A DNA stretch of 64,000 bases from Eledone cirrhosa (Eukaryota): positions 9,052,001 to 9,116,000 of the forward strand of contig OZ024756.1 in NCBI GenBank assembly GCA_964016885.1. Direction: 5' to 3'. Below the pieces are notes generated by a model. That model was not told the origin of the DNA, did not search any database, and saw only the letters and a program-made list of their open reading frames with translations. Shown piece after piece: positions 12,115 through 24,942 of the stretch (position 1 is its first letter; every line of letters begins with the position of its first letter). Made by a program: the position numbers and the translations under genes.

Positions 12115-12720
12115 CTAGGGCGGGTAAAATTCCTGAGATCCATGGACGAGTTCTCTCCAGCGGTCTCTGTCCCTCATTATCGCTGCCATGTTCTGCGTCT
12201 CCAACAGACCAGTGTCTGTCCTTAGGGCATCAACATACGTTAACCTTGGTCTTCTTCTTCCAGTGTGTCCATGTAGGGGCTCCCACAGGAGCACTGAGTG
12301 CAATGTCAACTCTGGATGTCGGTGAGCATGTCCAGCCAACCTCAGTCTCCTCTGTGTCACTTTTGAGCTGACTTTTGGGAGGCTCTCATACAGCTCCTCA
12401 GTGTATACTGATTAATGTTCAGAGCCATCCTCAGCATTCTCGTGTAGCACCCATCCACCATCTGAGTGAGTTTCTTGGTCAGTGTCCAAGTCTCAGACCC
12501 GTACAGCAGCACAGACTCCACTACAGCAATGAAGAGGCGGATTTTCAGGTCTTTACGAAGGTCCGACTTCCACACCGATCTCAAGCTGTGGCACGCCGCC
12601 CAGGCTTTGCTTTTCTTCTCAACCACATCATCTTCCGTATTCCAAATCTTTGCTCCCAAATACAGGAAGTCCTCAACCAATTCTAGCGGCTTCCCGCCTA
12701 CATTAGTGATCCCCTCTGGC
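12115..12720 (-). mobile_element. 3' fragment of an RTE-clade LINE
   Basis: VEDFLYLG, ESVLLYGSETWTLT, RMLRMALNI, RRLRLAGH and RDRDRWR motifs; other copies at 25489-25801 and 56515-56650. Confidence 0.88.
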
Positions 12721-12869
12721 TTGTATATGTGTGCGTTTGTGTGGGTGTATGTGTGTGTGCGTGTCATTGTAGAAACCTGACCAATGAATAGCATTGTTAG
12801 CACAAATGAACCTTAAAAATCAGGAGCCACCCCCCATCTCCCAGTGTGAACCTGTCTACAGACACTTAG

Positions 12870-13030
12870 CTTGGCTGCAAATGGGCTGAGGAGGCCAAAC
12901 TCTCCAAGTATCGGTCGCACTCCGACAGGTTTGCGGTCGTGCCCTTGGCAGTGGAGACTTCTGGTGTCCTCGGCCCTAGGGCTACCTCCCTACTCACACC
13001 ATAGGCGCTGAGCTGGCCAGCTGCAAGGCT
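12870..13030 (+). mobile_element. Fragment of a CRE-like non-LTR retrotransposon (RLE C-terminus)
   Basis: Frame from 12888 reads EEAKLSKYRSHSDRFAVVPLAVETSGVLGPRATSLL, matching the K..KY...P.AVET.G.LG pattern. Confidence 0.65.
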
Positions 13031-13034
13031 CACA

Positions 13035-15583
13035 CTTGCTTGTGTGTTATATGTGGCCCTAGATGTATGTATTACCTGCTTGTGTGTTGTATGTGGTCCT
13101 ATATGTGTGTATTACCTGCTTGTGTGTTATATGTGGCCCTAGATGTATGTATTACCTGCTTGTGTGTTGTATGTGGTCCTATATGTGTGTATTACCTGCT
13201 GGTGTGTTGTATGTGGTCCTGGATGTATATATTACCTGCTGGTGTGTTGTATGTGGCCCTAGATGTATGTATTACCTGCTGGTGTGTTGTATGTGGTCCT
13301 AGATGTATGTATTACCTGCTGGTGTGTTGTATGTGGTCCTAGATGTATGTATTACCTGCTGGTGTGTTGTATGTGGTCCTAGATGTATGTATTACCTGCT
13401 GGTGTGTTGTATGTGGTTCTAGATGTGTGTATTACCTGCTGGTGTGTTGTATGTGGTTCTAGATGTGTGTATTACCTGCTTGTGTGTTGTATGTGGTCCT
13501 AGATGTGTGTATAACCTGCTGGTGTGTTGTATGTGGTCCTAGATGTGTGTATTACCTGCTGGTGTGTTGTATGTGGTCCTAGATGTATGTATTACCTGCT
13601 GGTGTGTTGTATGTGGTCCTAGATGTATGTATTACCTGCTGGTGTGTTGTATGTGGTCCTAGATGTATGTATTACCTGCTGGTGTGTTGTATGTGGTCCT
13701 AGATGTATGTATTACCTGCTGGTGTGTTGTATGTGGTTCTAGATGTGTGTATTACCTGCTGGTGTGTTGTATGTGGTTCTAGATGTGTGTATTACCTGCT
13801 TGTGTGTTGTATTTGGTCCTAGATGTGTGTATAACCTGCTGGTGTGTTGTATGTGGTCCTAGATGTGTGTATTACCTGCTGGTGTGTTGTATGTGGTTCT
13901 AGATGTGTGTATTACCTGCTGGTGTGTTGTATGTGGTTCTAGATGTATGTATTACCTGCTGGTGTGTTGTATGTGGTCCTAGATGTATGTATTACCTGCT
14001 TGTGTGTTGTATGTGGTCCTAGATGTATGTATTACCTGCTGGTGTGTTGTATGTGGTCCTAGATGTATGTATTACCTGCTGGTGTGTTGTATGTGTTCCT
14101 CCTAGATGTGTGTATTACCTGCTGGTGTGTTGTATGTGGTCCTAGATGTATGTATTACCTGCTGGTGTGTTGTATGTGTTCCTCCTAGATGTGTGTATTA
14201 CCTGCTTGTGTGTTGTATGTGATCCTAGATGTATGTATTACCTGCTGGTGTGTTGTATGTGTTCCTCCTAGATGTGTGTATTACCTGCTTGTGTGTTGTA
14301 TGTGGTCCTAGATGTATGTATTACCTGCTGGTGTGTTGTATGTGTTCCTCCTAGATGTGTGTATTACCTGCTTGTGTGTTGTATGTGATCCTAGATGTAT
14401 GTATTACCTGCTGGTGTGTTGTATGTGGTCCTAGATGTGTGTATTACCTGCTGGTGTGTTGTATGTGATCCTAGATGTATGTATTACCTGCTGGTGTGTT
14501 GTATGTGGTCCTAGATGTGTGTATTACCTGCTGGTGTGTTGTATGTGGTCCTAGATGTGTGTATTACCTGCTGGTGTGTTGTATGTCGTTCTAGATGTGT
14601 GTATTACCTGCTGGTGTGTTGTATGTGGTCCTAGATGTATGTATTACCGTCTTGTGTGTTGTATGTGGTCCTAGATGTGTGTATTACCTGCTGGTCTGTT
14701 GTATGTGGTCCTAGATGTATGTATTACCTTCTGGTGTGTTGTATGTGGTCCTAGATGTATGTATTAACTGCTTGTGTGTTGTATGTGGTCCTAGATGTAT
14801 GTATTACCGGCTTGTGTGTTGTATGTGGTCCTAGATGTATGTATTACCTGCTTGTGTGTTGTATGTGGTCCTAGATGTATGTATTACCGGCTTGTGTGTT
14901 GTATGTGGTTCTAGATGTGTGTATTACCTGCTGGAGTGTTGTATGTGGTCCTAGATGTGTGTATTACCTGCTTGTGTGTTGTATGTGGTCCTAGATGTGT
15001 GTATTACCTGCTGGTGTGTTGTATGTGGTTCTAGATGTGTGTATTACCTGCTGGTGTGTTGTATGTGGTCTTAGATGTATGTATTACCTGCTGGTGTGTT
15101 GTATGTGATCCTAGATGTGTGTATTACCTGCTGGTGTGTTGTATGTGATCCTAGATGTGTGTATTACCTGCTGGTGTGTTGTATGTGGTTCTAGATGTGT
15201 GTATTACCTGCTGCTGTGCTGTATGTGGTCCTAGATGTGTGTATTACCAGCTTGTGTGTTGTATGTGGTCCTAGATGTATGTATTACCTGCTGGTGTGTT
15301 GTATGTGGTCCTAGATGTTTGTATTAGCTGCTGGTGTGTTGTATGTGATCCTAGATGTGTGTATTACCTGCTGGTGTGTTGTATGTGGTCCTAGATGTAT
15401 GTATTACCTGCTGGTGTGTTGTATGTGATCCTAGATGTGTGTATTACCTGCTGTTGTGTTGTATGTGGTCCTAGATGTATGTATTACCTGCTGGTGTGTT
15501 GTGTGTGTTGTATGTGTTCCTAGATGTGTGTATTACCTGTTTGTGTGTTGTATATGGTCCTAGATGTGTGTATTACCTGCTTG
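13035..15583. repeat. 40-bp tandem satellite (GTGTGTTGTATGTGGTCCTAGATGTATGTATTACCTGCTG), about 63 copies
   Basis: Direct reading. Confidence 0.97.
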
Positions 15584-16153
15584 TTTTCTTTTTTCTTTCT
15601 TTATTTTTTTCTTTCTGTTTGTAATATTATGTTGACGATTACGCCTTAATAAAAAGAATAATAAAACTATTTATATGGTGAAAAAAACAATGGCGGAGTC
15701 GTTAGAACGTCAGATAGAATGCTTTGCGGTATTCATTTCGGCTTTCAGCTCTCTGAGTCCAAATCCCGCCGAAGTCAACTGTGCCTTTCATCCATTCGAG
15801 GATAATAAAAAAAAAAACTACCAGTCTAATACTGGGGTCGATTCTTCCTCTGTATCTCTTTCTCATTTCTAGTCTCCCTCATTTTCTAATCTTCTCTGGA
15901 AGAAATCTTCTGTGTACAGACCTGGAGAGGGATGGGCTCCGCCAGGTTTTGAGATGTTCAAGAAACGCCGTATGTCAATATGGCTGTCCCTACGACTCCA
16001 TTACGACTGACAGAGCCGGACCAAACCTCATCGTAAACAGTCAGATAGCCATTATCAGAATGTTTACGATGCAAGGGAAGTAACTCAGAAGAAACCCAAA
16101 TATCTAAAATTCGTTTTCTTTCTCAGTTTCTCAGTCTTCAGAAATACTTTCAA

Positions 16154-16516
16154 ATAATTGTTTCTACGTTAGGCACAAGGCCAGCAATTATCCAGTGCAT
16201 TACTGATACTTTATTTATCGACCCCGTAAGGATGAAAGGCAAAGTCAACCTCGGCGGGATTTGAACTCAGATCGTAAAGGGACGTAACTATGCTGGAAAG
16301 CATGGCGTCCGACCCTCCACCGATACTGCCAAATAATTGTTTCTAATTTAGGCACAAGGCCAGCAAATTACCCAGTGCATTACTGGTACTTTATTTTATC
16401 GACCCCGTAAGGATGAAAGGCAAAGTCAACCTCGGCGGGATTTGAACTCAGATCGTAAAGGGACGTAACTATGCTGGAAAGCATGGCGTCCAACCTTCTA
16501 CCGATACTGCCAATCC
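16154..16516 (-). mobile_element. Two head-to-tail SINE copies (family of 2405-2593)
   Basis: 16154-16331 and 16333-16516 are near-identical to each other. Confidence 0.88.
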
Positions 16517-17009
16517 ATGCCTTTAAAAACCTTTTTTAATAATAAAATTTATAGAAATTATAAATTCATTCTTTTCAGGAAGAATATTAAAGAAAATTTT
16601 ATTGAAATTTTTTATTAATTTAAATTTTTTTAAGAGCCAGAAAGCATTTTCTTTTTTTTTACATGTTTTTATTGTCATAAACTGTCAAATTAACCAGAGG
16701 TTCTCAAATTGGGTGCTACTCCTCCCCCTCGGGGGTGCGGGGGTGGGGGTAGAGATGATATAATAGTATATTAAATATCAAATTATATATATTATATATA
16801 AATATAGTTTAAAATATAAAATATATAATATTTATTTATACATAGTATATATTATATTATTTATTATATATAAATTAACGATTTTATTTATTATATATTA
16901 TTTACAATTTGTACCAGTCTAATACTGGGGGAGAGTTCTCATCCATATCTCTTTCTTTCTTCCTCCTCCCTATTATTCTCTCTCTCTCTCCTTCTCTCTA
17001 CCTCTCTGT

Positions 17010-17072
<63 letters not shown>

Positions 17073-17473
17073 TCTCTCTTACTCTCTCTCTCTCACTATA
17101 TTTCTCTCTTACTCTCTATTGTTCTCTCTCTCTCCTCCTGCCCCTTTCCTCTCTATTGTTCCCTCTTTCTCTCACCCTATCTGGAAGAAACCATCATAAT
17201 CATGCTCATCCTCTACACATTACAGGGGATGTTTGCACCAGCACTACCGCATGACAGGGGTGCTTTTGTAGTGGCGCCAGCACTACCACATAACAACACC
17301 CTGGCACTTAGTGTCAGTAAAAGATATTTCACTATAGAAACCTATGAAAATCACTTCTTTTATTCCTTCTGATAAAATGGAAGACAGACTTTATATTTCT
17401 GACTTCAGTTGATATATTTTGAAAGAATATAGTCTTTGTCAGGTTGGCTTGCTTATAACACACATATACGCAC

Positions 17474-18030
17474 ACACCACACCACAGCACACCACACCAC
17501 ACCACACCATACTACACCACACTACACTACACCACACCACACCACACTACACTACACTACACTACACTACACTACACCACACCACACCACACCACACCAC
17601 ACCACACCACACCACACCACACCACACCACACTACACTACACTACACTACACCACACCACACCATACTACACCACACTACACCACACTACACCACACCAC
17701 ACCATATTACACTACACCACACCACACCACACCACACCACACCACACCACACCACACCACACCACACCACACTACACTACACTACACCACACCACACCAT
17801 ACTACACCACACTACACCACACTACACCACACCACACCATATTACACTACACCACACCACACCACACCACACCACACCACACCACACCACTCCACACCAC
17901 ACCACACCACTCCACACCACACTACACCGCACCACACCACACCACACTACACCACACTATACCACACTACACCACACTACACTACACCACACTACGCCAC
18001 ACCACATCACACCACACTACACCACACCAC
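17474..18030. repeat. (CACAC/CACTA)n pentanucleotide array
   Basis: Direct reading; source of the His/Thr ORFs. Confidence 0.95.
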
Positions 18031-18376
18031 ACACACACCACACATATACATACATACACACCACTCACACCACACACCACTCACACACACATATACATAC
18101 ATACACATACATACACACATATACATATAAAGAAGTTCATTTTCAACTATAAAACCTGTAAAGGTGTAGGTGAAAGAGTTATATCAGCTCAAAATACTGG
18201 AATTTATTATTAAAAAACTGTCCACAAATGTAACCAAAAATCTACGGAATTGTTGTCCATTTGAAAAGATGAACTTGTTGAGGTAATTATTTATTAAATG
18301 ATTGATTTTGATGAGACCCACAAGGATGAAACTATTGTAAGTCAAATTATGATGTGAATAAGTGTTTGGTAAGATA

Positions 18377-18487
<111 letters not shown>

Positions 18488-18533
18488 GAAATGACAGAAG
18501 GCTGGATTTGTGTAAATCCTTGAAAGGTTTATT

Positions 18534-18594
18534 ATACTATGATCATTTCAATGACCGGGTTCCGTATGAATCCGGTGATATCATCATCAGGTAT
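18534..18594 (-). ncRNA. Minimal type I hammerhead-like motif in a short element between two (AT)n tracts
   Basis: Minus strand: AUAC-CUGAUGA-[UGAUAUCACCGG...CCGGUCAUU]-GAAA-UGAUCA-UA-GUAU, with palindromic stem III. Confidence 0.6.
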
Positions 18595-18661
18595 TCGAAA
18601 TATAATACGGTTGACCATACGGAATTGTCCAGCTCTATCCAGTGGTGAACCTCAAACCTGA

Positions 18662-18726
<65 letters not shown>

Positions 18727-19075
18727 TAAAGTTAGTCCTTCATCAGTGATCTTCCAACCATCATTGGTATTTCATCGCTTTAAAGACCATATACCTCCGG
18801 TTGGTGCGAGCATCCACCACCACCACCATACTGACACCATTCACCACCACCACCACCACCACCACCATTACTAGCGTAAAGCAAACAATTATTATTTGAC
18901 TTTGCCTTTCATCCTTACGGGGTCGATGGAATAAAGTACCAGTAATACACTGGTTAGTTGCTGGCCTTGTGCCTAGGGTGGAAACAATTATTATTATTAT
19001 ATATAAAAACTGAACTGGACTGGGAAAAGTCAACAGTTGACATGATTTTGATTTTGTATCAGTACTGCCGGTAAT

Positions 19076-19410
19076 CATCATCTTCATTTTACATCCGCTT
19101 TTTCCCTGCTTGCAAGGGTGGGACGGGAACTGATTCTGGCTTGATTTCTACAGCTGGATGCCCTTCCTAACACCAACCTCATTTAGAGTGAGTGCTGGGT
19201 GCTTTTTTGCCGTGGCACCTCCACGACCACTTTGCAGTGGAATGATAGGGACCCCAGTCCCTATCATCTCATTTCTACAGCTGAGTAAACTGGAGCAATG
19301 TGAAATAAAGTGTCTTGCTCAAGGAAACAACACATCACCCGGTCTGAGAATTGAACTCACAACCTTTCGATTGCAAGTCCAATGCTCTAACCACTAAGCC
19401 ATGTGCCTCC
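19076..19410 (-). mobile_element. tRNA-derived SINE with V-domain-like core and bipartite RTE-derived 3' half
   Basis: Head GGAGGCACATGGCTTAGTGGTTAGAGC...GAGTTCAATTC; core TCCTTGAGCAAGACACTT; segments matching the 5'UTR and 3' tail of the neighbouring RTE. Confidence 0.85.
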
Positions 19411-19549
19411 ATATATATATGTGTGTGTTTGTATGCATGAATGAGTGTTGGTATGTGAGTAGCGTGTGTGTTTGTGGTTTGTATGCATGAGTCTTGGTGT
19501 GTGAGTGTGTGTGTGTGTCGTGTCAATAAGTGTTTTTTTTTTGTTTTAA

Positions 19550-22500
19550 TGACCATGTTGTAAAAGGGAGAGGCAGAGAGGGCCCTTGAGTCTAGTAAGA
19601 CAACCTCTCTAGTGCTGGTGGCACAAATAAAAGCACCCAGTCCATGCTGTAAAGTGGCGCTGGTGTTAGGAAGGGCATCCAACCAGTGTATCAATGCCAA
19701 AACGCTTATCAGCACAGCAACAAATAGGAACAACAACAAAATATGAAGACATCGCATCTCAGAGTTGCAACACTTAATGTTGGCACTCTCAGAAGTAGAT
19801 CTGCTGAAATAGCGGAGATGCTGGAGAGAAGGCATGTGGATGTGTGCTGCGTGCAAGAGGTGAGATAGAGAGGTGCCTCTGCGAGACTAGTCGTAGGCAA
19901 ACGTCTTAGCTATAAGCTATTCTGGGTTAGGGGGAGTAGGCATTTTCCTGGCTGAGAAATGGATCAATAAGACAATAGAGGTAGTTCAAGTTAGTAACCG
20001 AATAATTAAGCTTAGATTAGTTGTAGGCAGGAGACTACTGACAATCATCTCTGCCTATGCTCCCCAAGCAGGCCTAGGCAAAGATGAGAAAGACTGCTTT
20101 TACGAGCAACTGTTACAAACAACCGCAATGACAGAGGACGGAGACATCGTTATGCTAGCAGGAGACTTCAATGGTCATGTTGGACAGCTCCAGGATGATT
20201 ACACTGGGGTACATGGTGGGCACGGTTATGGCTCAAGAAAGTAAGAAGGAGTGAGACTTCTTGAATTTTGTGATGCAGGTACATTGACTATTTGCAACAC
20301 AAACTTCCAGAAACCTGCCAATCACCTAATAACCTACAAATCTGGTGAGCACATAAGCCAGATTGACTTCTTACTAGTGAGGCAGCGGGACAGGCAGATA
20401 GTGTCTAATACCAAGGCATACCCTGGGGAAGAATGTACCCCACAGCATAGGTTAGTCGTTAGTGATATCTCAGTAAGCAAGAGATGGAATGAGACATACA
20501 GGAAGGTGTGGAGAAGAAAGGTCTGGAAGCTAAAAGACCTTTCACTAACATAGAAATTTACGAAAGCCTTTCAAGATGTGTATGACAAAAAAGAAGACGA
20601 TTTAGAGACGTATGACATAGATAATAACTGGAATTTCTTACGTGACAACTTGCTGCAGGCTACTGATGAAACTTGTGGCTGGAGCAGAGCTCCAACCACA
20701 CAGAGAGTGACCTGGTTGTGGAACAGCACAGTAGATAAGGCCATTAGATTCAAAAGACTAGCATGGAAGGCTTGGAAAAAGGGTGGGAGTAGGGAAGAAT
20801 ATACAGCCACTAAGAGAGAAGCTAGATGGCAGGTGTACTTAGCACGCAGGGAGGCGGAGAGTAGGAGGTTTGCCAATATTCTGCGACGGGAAGATCAGAG
20901 GCGTGCGGTGTTCCACATTGCAAGGCAGTGTGTCAATGCAAATCAGGATGTTGTTGGTGATAAATGTGTCCGGGTGTCACGAATGATCAGACAAAGGAGG
21001 CCTGGAAATGTCATTATGAGAGACTGATGAATGTGGAGAACGAATGGGAGAGAGAGAAACTACCCTTAGTAGATCCGACAGAGGGACCAGCTATTGAGAT
21101 TGACGAATATAGGGTCCAAGAGGCGATTAAGGAAATGAAAAATGGTAAGGCTGCTGAACCATAGGGAATAGTTGCTGAGATGCTGAAGGCATCAGGGGAC
21201 GTAGGCACTAAACTGGTTGCACGCATCATCAATCAGGCTATATATGGTGGTGTCATACCAAAGGACTGGTGCAGCAGTATTCTCATAAATTGCTACAAAG
21301 GTAAAGGGGATCCTCTGGAGAGGAGCAATTATAGGGGTATAAAACTGATGGATCAAGTTATGAAAGTGGCAGAAAGGATATTAGCACAACTATTTAGAGA
21401 AAGGGTCAAACTAGATGAGATGCAGTTTGGTTTTGTGCCTGGGAAGAGTACAACAGATGCCCTCTTCTTGGTGAGACAATTGCAAGAGAGGTTCTTAGAG
21501 AAAAATAAGCCACTATACTTAGCCTTTGTTGACCTAGAGAAGGCCTTTGATAGGGTACCCCGATCTGTCATCTGGTGGTCCCTAAGGAAGCTAGGTGTTG
21601 AGGAATGGCTTGTGAGGACAGTGCAAACTTTGTACAGAGGTACTCTCAGAAAAGTCAGGGTAGGAATGGAGTTTAGTGAGGAATTCCAGATACAAGTAGG
21701 AGTACATCAAGGTTCAGTCCTCAGCCCGCTCTTGTTCATTATAGTCCTCCAAGCCATAACAGAGGAGTTTAAGACTGGCTGTCCATGGGAACTTCTCTAG
21801 GCTGACGATCTGGTTCTTATAGCAGAATCAGTAGAGGAGCTAGAGAATAAATTCTGGCTATGGAAACAGCAGTTGGAAGCAAGAGGACTGAGAGTGAACC
21901 TAGCTAAGACAAAAGTGTTGATGAGTAGAAAAGAGGACAAAACTCTGATTCCGTCAGGGAAATGGCCATGTTCGATATGCAGAAAAGGAACTGGCATAAA
22001 TTCTATAAAATGCACACAATGCAGATCCTGGGTACACAAGAGATGTAGCGGGATAGCAGGCAAACTAACAGGTAGGGAGAAATATGTATGCAGTAGATGT
22101 ACAGGGAAATTAGACAGTAGAAGTCGCATTAATAGACACATTTTTCAAATGCAGGAGGGCGCTATAGAAGTGGTGGATAGCTTCCGGTACCTAGGAGATC
22201 AGATTAGCATGGGAGGAGGGTATTCCGAGGCCATAGTATCTAGAATAAGGACAGGTTGGAAGAAGTTTAGGGAGCTGCTTCCTCTGCTGACGAAGAAGGG
22301 TTTCTCCCTGCGTACGAAAGGCCGGTTGTATGATGCCTGTGTGAGGAGCGCAATGCTGCATGGTAGTGAGACATGGGCAGCAACTGCAGAGGATATGCGA
22401 CGGCTGGAGAGAAATGAGGCAAGCATGCTCCGTTGGATGTGCAGTGTCAATGTGCGTGAACGACCCAGCATAAATGTGTTGAGAGAGAAACTGTGTCTGA

Positions 22501-22793
22501 GAGGGATAGAATGTAGTGTACGGGAGAGGAGACTGAGGTGGTATGGACATGTGATGCGCATAGAGGATGACCGATGGGTGAAGAAGTGCCAGAAAATGCC
22601 AGTTTAAGGAAGACGTGGTAGAGGTAGACCACAAAAAACATGGGCGGAGGTGGTGAGAACAGACCTCAGATCGCTGAAGCTCCTGGTGGAGATGACGGAG
22701 GACCATGACAAGTGGAGAGATGCTGTGCTGAATAAGACCTGTCCCACCCTTGCAAGCAGGGAAAAGCGGACGTAAAATGATGATGATGATGAT
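19550..22793 (+). mobile_element. Near full-length RTE-clade LINE (APE endonuclease, RT, PHD-type zinc finger), inactivated
   Basis: ATG about 19743 gives MKTSHLRVATLNVGTL...VCCVQEVR; AGDFNGHVG, SQIDFLLV, NYRGIKL, AFVDLEKAFDRV, GVHQGSVLSPLLF. YADD is mutated to stop-ADD at 21798-21800. (ATG)n tail; several stops and frameshifts. Confidence 0.95.
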
Positions 22794-22823
22794 ATATATA
22801 TACACATACATATATATATATGA

Positions 22824-22864
<41 letters not shown>

Positions 22865-22992
22865 TGTGTATAGGTATATACATATTTATACATATACATA
22901 TATACATATTGCAAGTAGGGAAAAGCGGACGTAAAATGATGATGATATATATATATATATATATATATATTATACATATACATATATATCAT

Positions 22993-23318
22993 TCATTTTA
23001 CGTCCGCTTTTCCCTGCTTGCAAGGGTGGGACGGGAACTGACTCTGGCTTGATTTCTACAGCTGGATGCCCTTCCTAACACCAACCTCATTTACAATGAG
23101 TGCTGGGTGCTTTTTTGCCGTGGCGCCTACACGTCCACTTTGCAGTGGAATGATAGGGAACCCAGTCCCTATCATCTCATTTCTACAGCTGAGTAAACTG
23201 GAGCAATGTGAAATAAAGTGTCTTGCTCAAGGAAACAACACATCACCCGGTCTGAGAATTGAACTCACAACCTTTCGATTGCAAGGCCAATGCTCTAACC
23301 ACTAAGCCATGTGCCTCC
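22993..23318 (-). mobile_element. Second copy of the bipartite RTE-partner SINE
   Basis: Near-identical to 19086-19410. Confidence 0.88.
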
Positions 23319-23321
23319 ACT

Positions 23322-23376
<55 letters not shown>

Positions 23377-23393
23377 TACATACATACATACAT

Positions 23394-23470
<77 letters not shown>

Positions 23471-23474
23471 TGTA

Positions 23475-23521
<47 letters not shown>

Positions 23522-23627
23522 GAGGTGAGTTTTATTGTAGTACGATATCGGATAAGTAGCACTCTACAGTTTGTAGGACTGGAGTATAAATAATATAAGA
23601 TCAAAAGATGGTTAAAAGAGTTCCATC

Positions 23628-23698
23628 TATTTTATTATGCGCATTTCAAAAACAAATATCATCGTGAGATGACATTTGTGTTTTCGTCAGATAAAATA
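23628..23698 (-). ncRNA. Type I hammerhead motif with palindromic stem III
   Basis: Minus strand: UAUUUUAU-CUGACGA-AAAC-ACAAAUGUCAUC-UCAC-GAUGAUAUUUGU-UUUU-GAAA-UGCGCA-UA-AUAAAAUA. Confidence 0.75.
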
Positions 23699-24043
23699 GG
23701 GATACATGATATGAAGGTTAAAAAACACTTGTGAATAGTGAAGTTTTAAATCAACATATGAAAAGTAGTTTAAGATTGATGTGTGATATTGGGAAAAAAA
23801 TGAGGGGGGTGGGGTGGAAAGGGTGAAAAAGAGGAGGAGATGAGAGAATGGTGGCGGAGGAGTATATTCCTTATTATACTCCTCTGCCACCATTCTTTAC
23901 TCTCATCTCCTCCTCTTTTTCCCCCTCCCCCCCCCCTCTCATTTTTTTCCCAATATCACACATCAATCTTAAACTACTTTTCATATGTTGATTTAAAACT
24001 TCACTATTCACAAGTGTTTTTTAACCTTCATATCATGTATCCC

Positions 24044-24114
24044 TATTTCATCTGACGAAAACGCAAATGTCATCTCATGATGATATTTGTTTTTGAAATG
24101 CGCATAATAAAATA
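24044..24114 (+). ncRNA. Type I hammerhead motif with palindromic stem III
   Basis: CTGACGA 24052-24058, long stem II, GAAA 24095-24098, TGCGCA, TA; stem I TATTTCAT/ATAAAATA has one mismatch. Confidence 0.7.
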
Positions 24115-24144
24115 GATGGAACTCTTTTAACCATCTTTTGATTT

Positions 24145-24190
<46 letters not shown>

Positions 24191-24234
24191 AAACATTAAA
24201 ATCTAAAAAGACAAAAATGCCCGTATATTTGTAG

Positions 24235-24367
24235 GTAACGTTCCAGAATGTAGTTGCTGCTCCAAATAGATCAGTACATGACTGTATGAGTGTTGTTTCG
24301 ACTGGTTCATCAAACACTGACAGTGGCCGAGGATGGAGTGATGCTGGAACTGTGCAAGAACTGCAGA
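24235..24367 (+). CDS. Protocadherin coding exon 2 (cytoplasmic)
   Basis: Acceptor TTTGTAG (24234) or in-frame TTCCAG (24246); reads VTFQNVVAAPNRSVHDCMSVVSTGSSNTDSGRGWSDAGTVQELQ; donor A|GTAAGC. Phase 0 in and phase 1 out exactly bridge exons 1 and 3. DSGRG resembles the delta-protocadherin cytoplasmic motif. Confidence 0.85.
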
Positions 24368-24713
24368 GTAAGCAACTTTCTCTGACATCGGCACCATTAA
24401 TTCTCTCATCTCTTTCAAATAGACTTTTATAACAAACAGCTGATAACCATAATGAATAGCATGTAATAATTAATAGAATTACAGTCAATTAATGGATTTA
24501 CAGTCAGATTTTAATGGTCTTACAGTAATAATTAATAGATTTACAGTCAATTAATGAATTTGCAGTCAATTAATAGACTTACAGTCAGATTTTAATGGTC
24601 TTACAGTAATAATTAATAGATTTACAGTCAATTAATGAATTTGAAGTCAATTAATAGACTTACAGTCAGATTTTAATGGTCTTACAGTAATAATTAATGG
24701 ATTTAGTCAGATT

Positions 24714-24942
24714 TTAACCCTTTAGTATTTACCTTACTCTATATTTACGATAATATTTTCATGAGAAAGTCTTTACCTCACATGATTATCTCACATAATA
24801 TTGAATCTATGAGATCTTGATATTATTTCTTTTGAGAACAATACCTTAACATCAGTATGAGTGGCCAGTTATAGTTGGTATGAACAGAAAGTGTTGAGTC
24901 AATTCTGGCCGGATATGGTCGGTTTAAATGCTAAAGGGTTAA
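24714..24942. mobile_element. TTAA-bounded MITE (piggyBac-like termini)
   Basis: TTAACCCTTTAG...CTAAAGGGTTAA inverted ends; relatives at 37624-37802 and 56300-57889. Confidence 0.75.

Larger units (their letters stand above)
23591..24151. repeat. About 560-bp inverted repeat with a hammerhead motif in each arm
   Basis: 23591-23867 is the reverse complement of about 23875-24151 with few mismatches. Confidence 0.93.

Noticed and set aside
13035-15583. CRISPR-like appearance of the 40-bp array (also the 41-, 44- and 34-bp arrays)
   Set aside because: Units are contiguous with no unique spacers, there are no cas genes, and the context is eukaryotic.
17419-18213. His/Thr-rich ORFs
   Set aside because: Translation of a pentanucleotide microsatellite.
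19743-22736. Rescue of the RTE ORF by A-to-I editing of UAG stops
   Set aside because: Frameshifts and TAA stops are also present, and editing the stop at YADD would give WADD rather than the catalytic motif.
19086-23318. LTR retrotransposon interpretation of the flanking direct repeats
   Set aside because: The repeats are tRNA-headed SINEs lacking TG..CA ends, and the interior is an APE-type non-LTR element.
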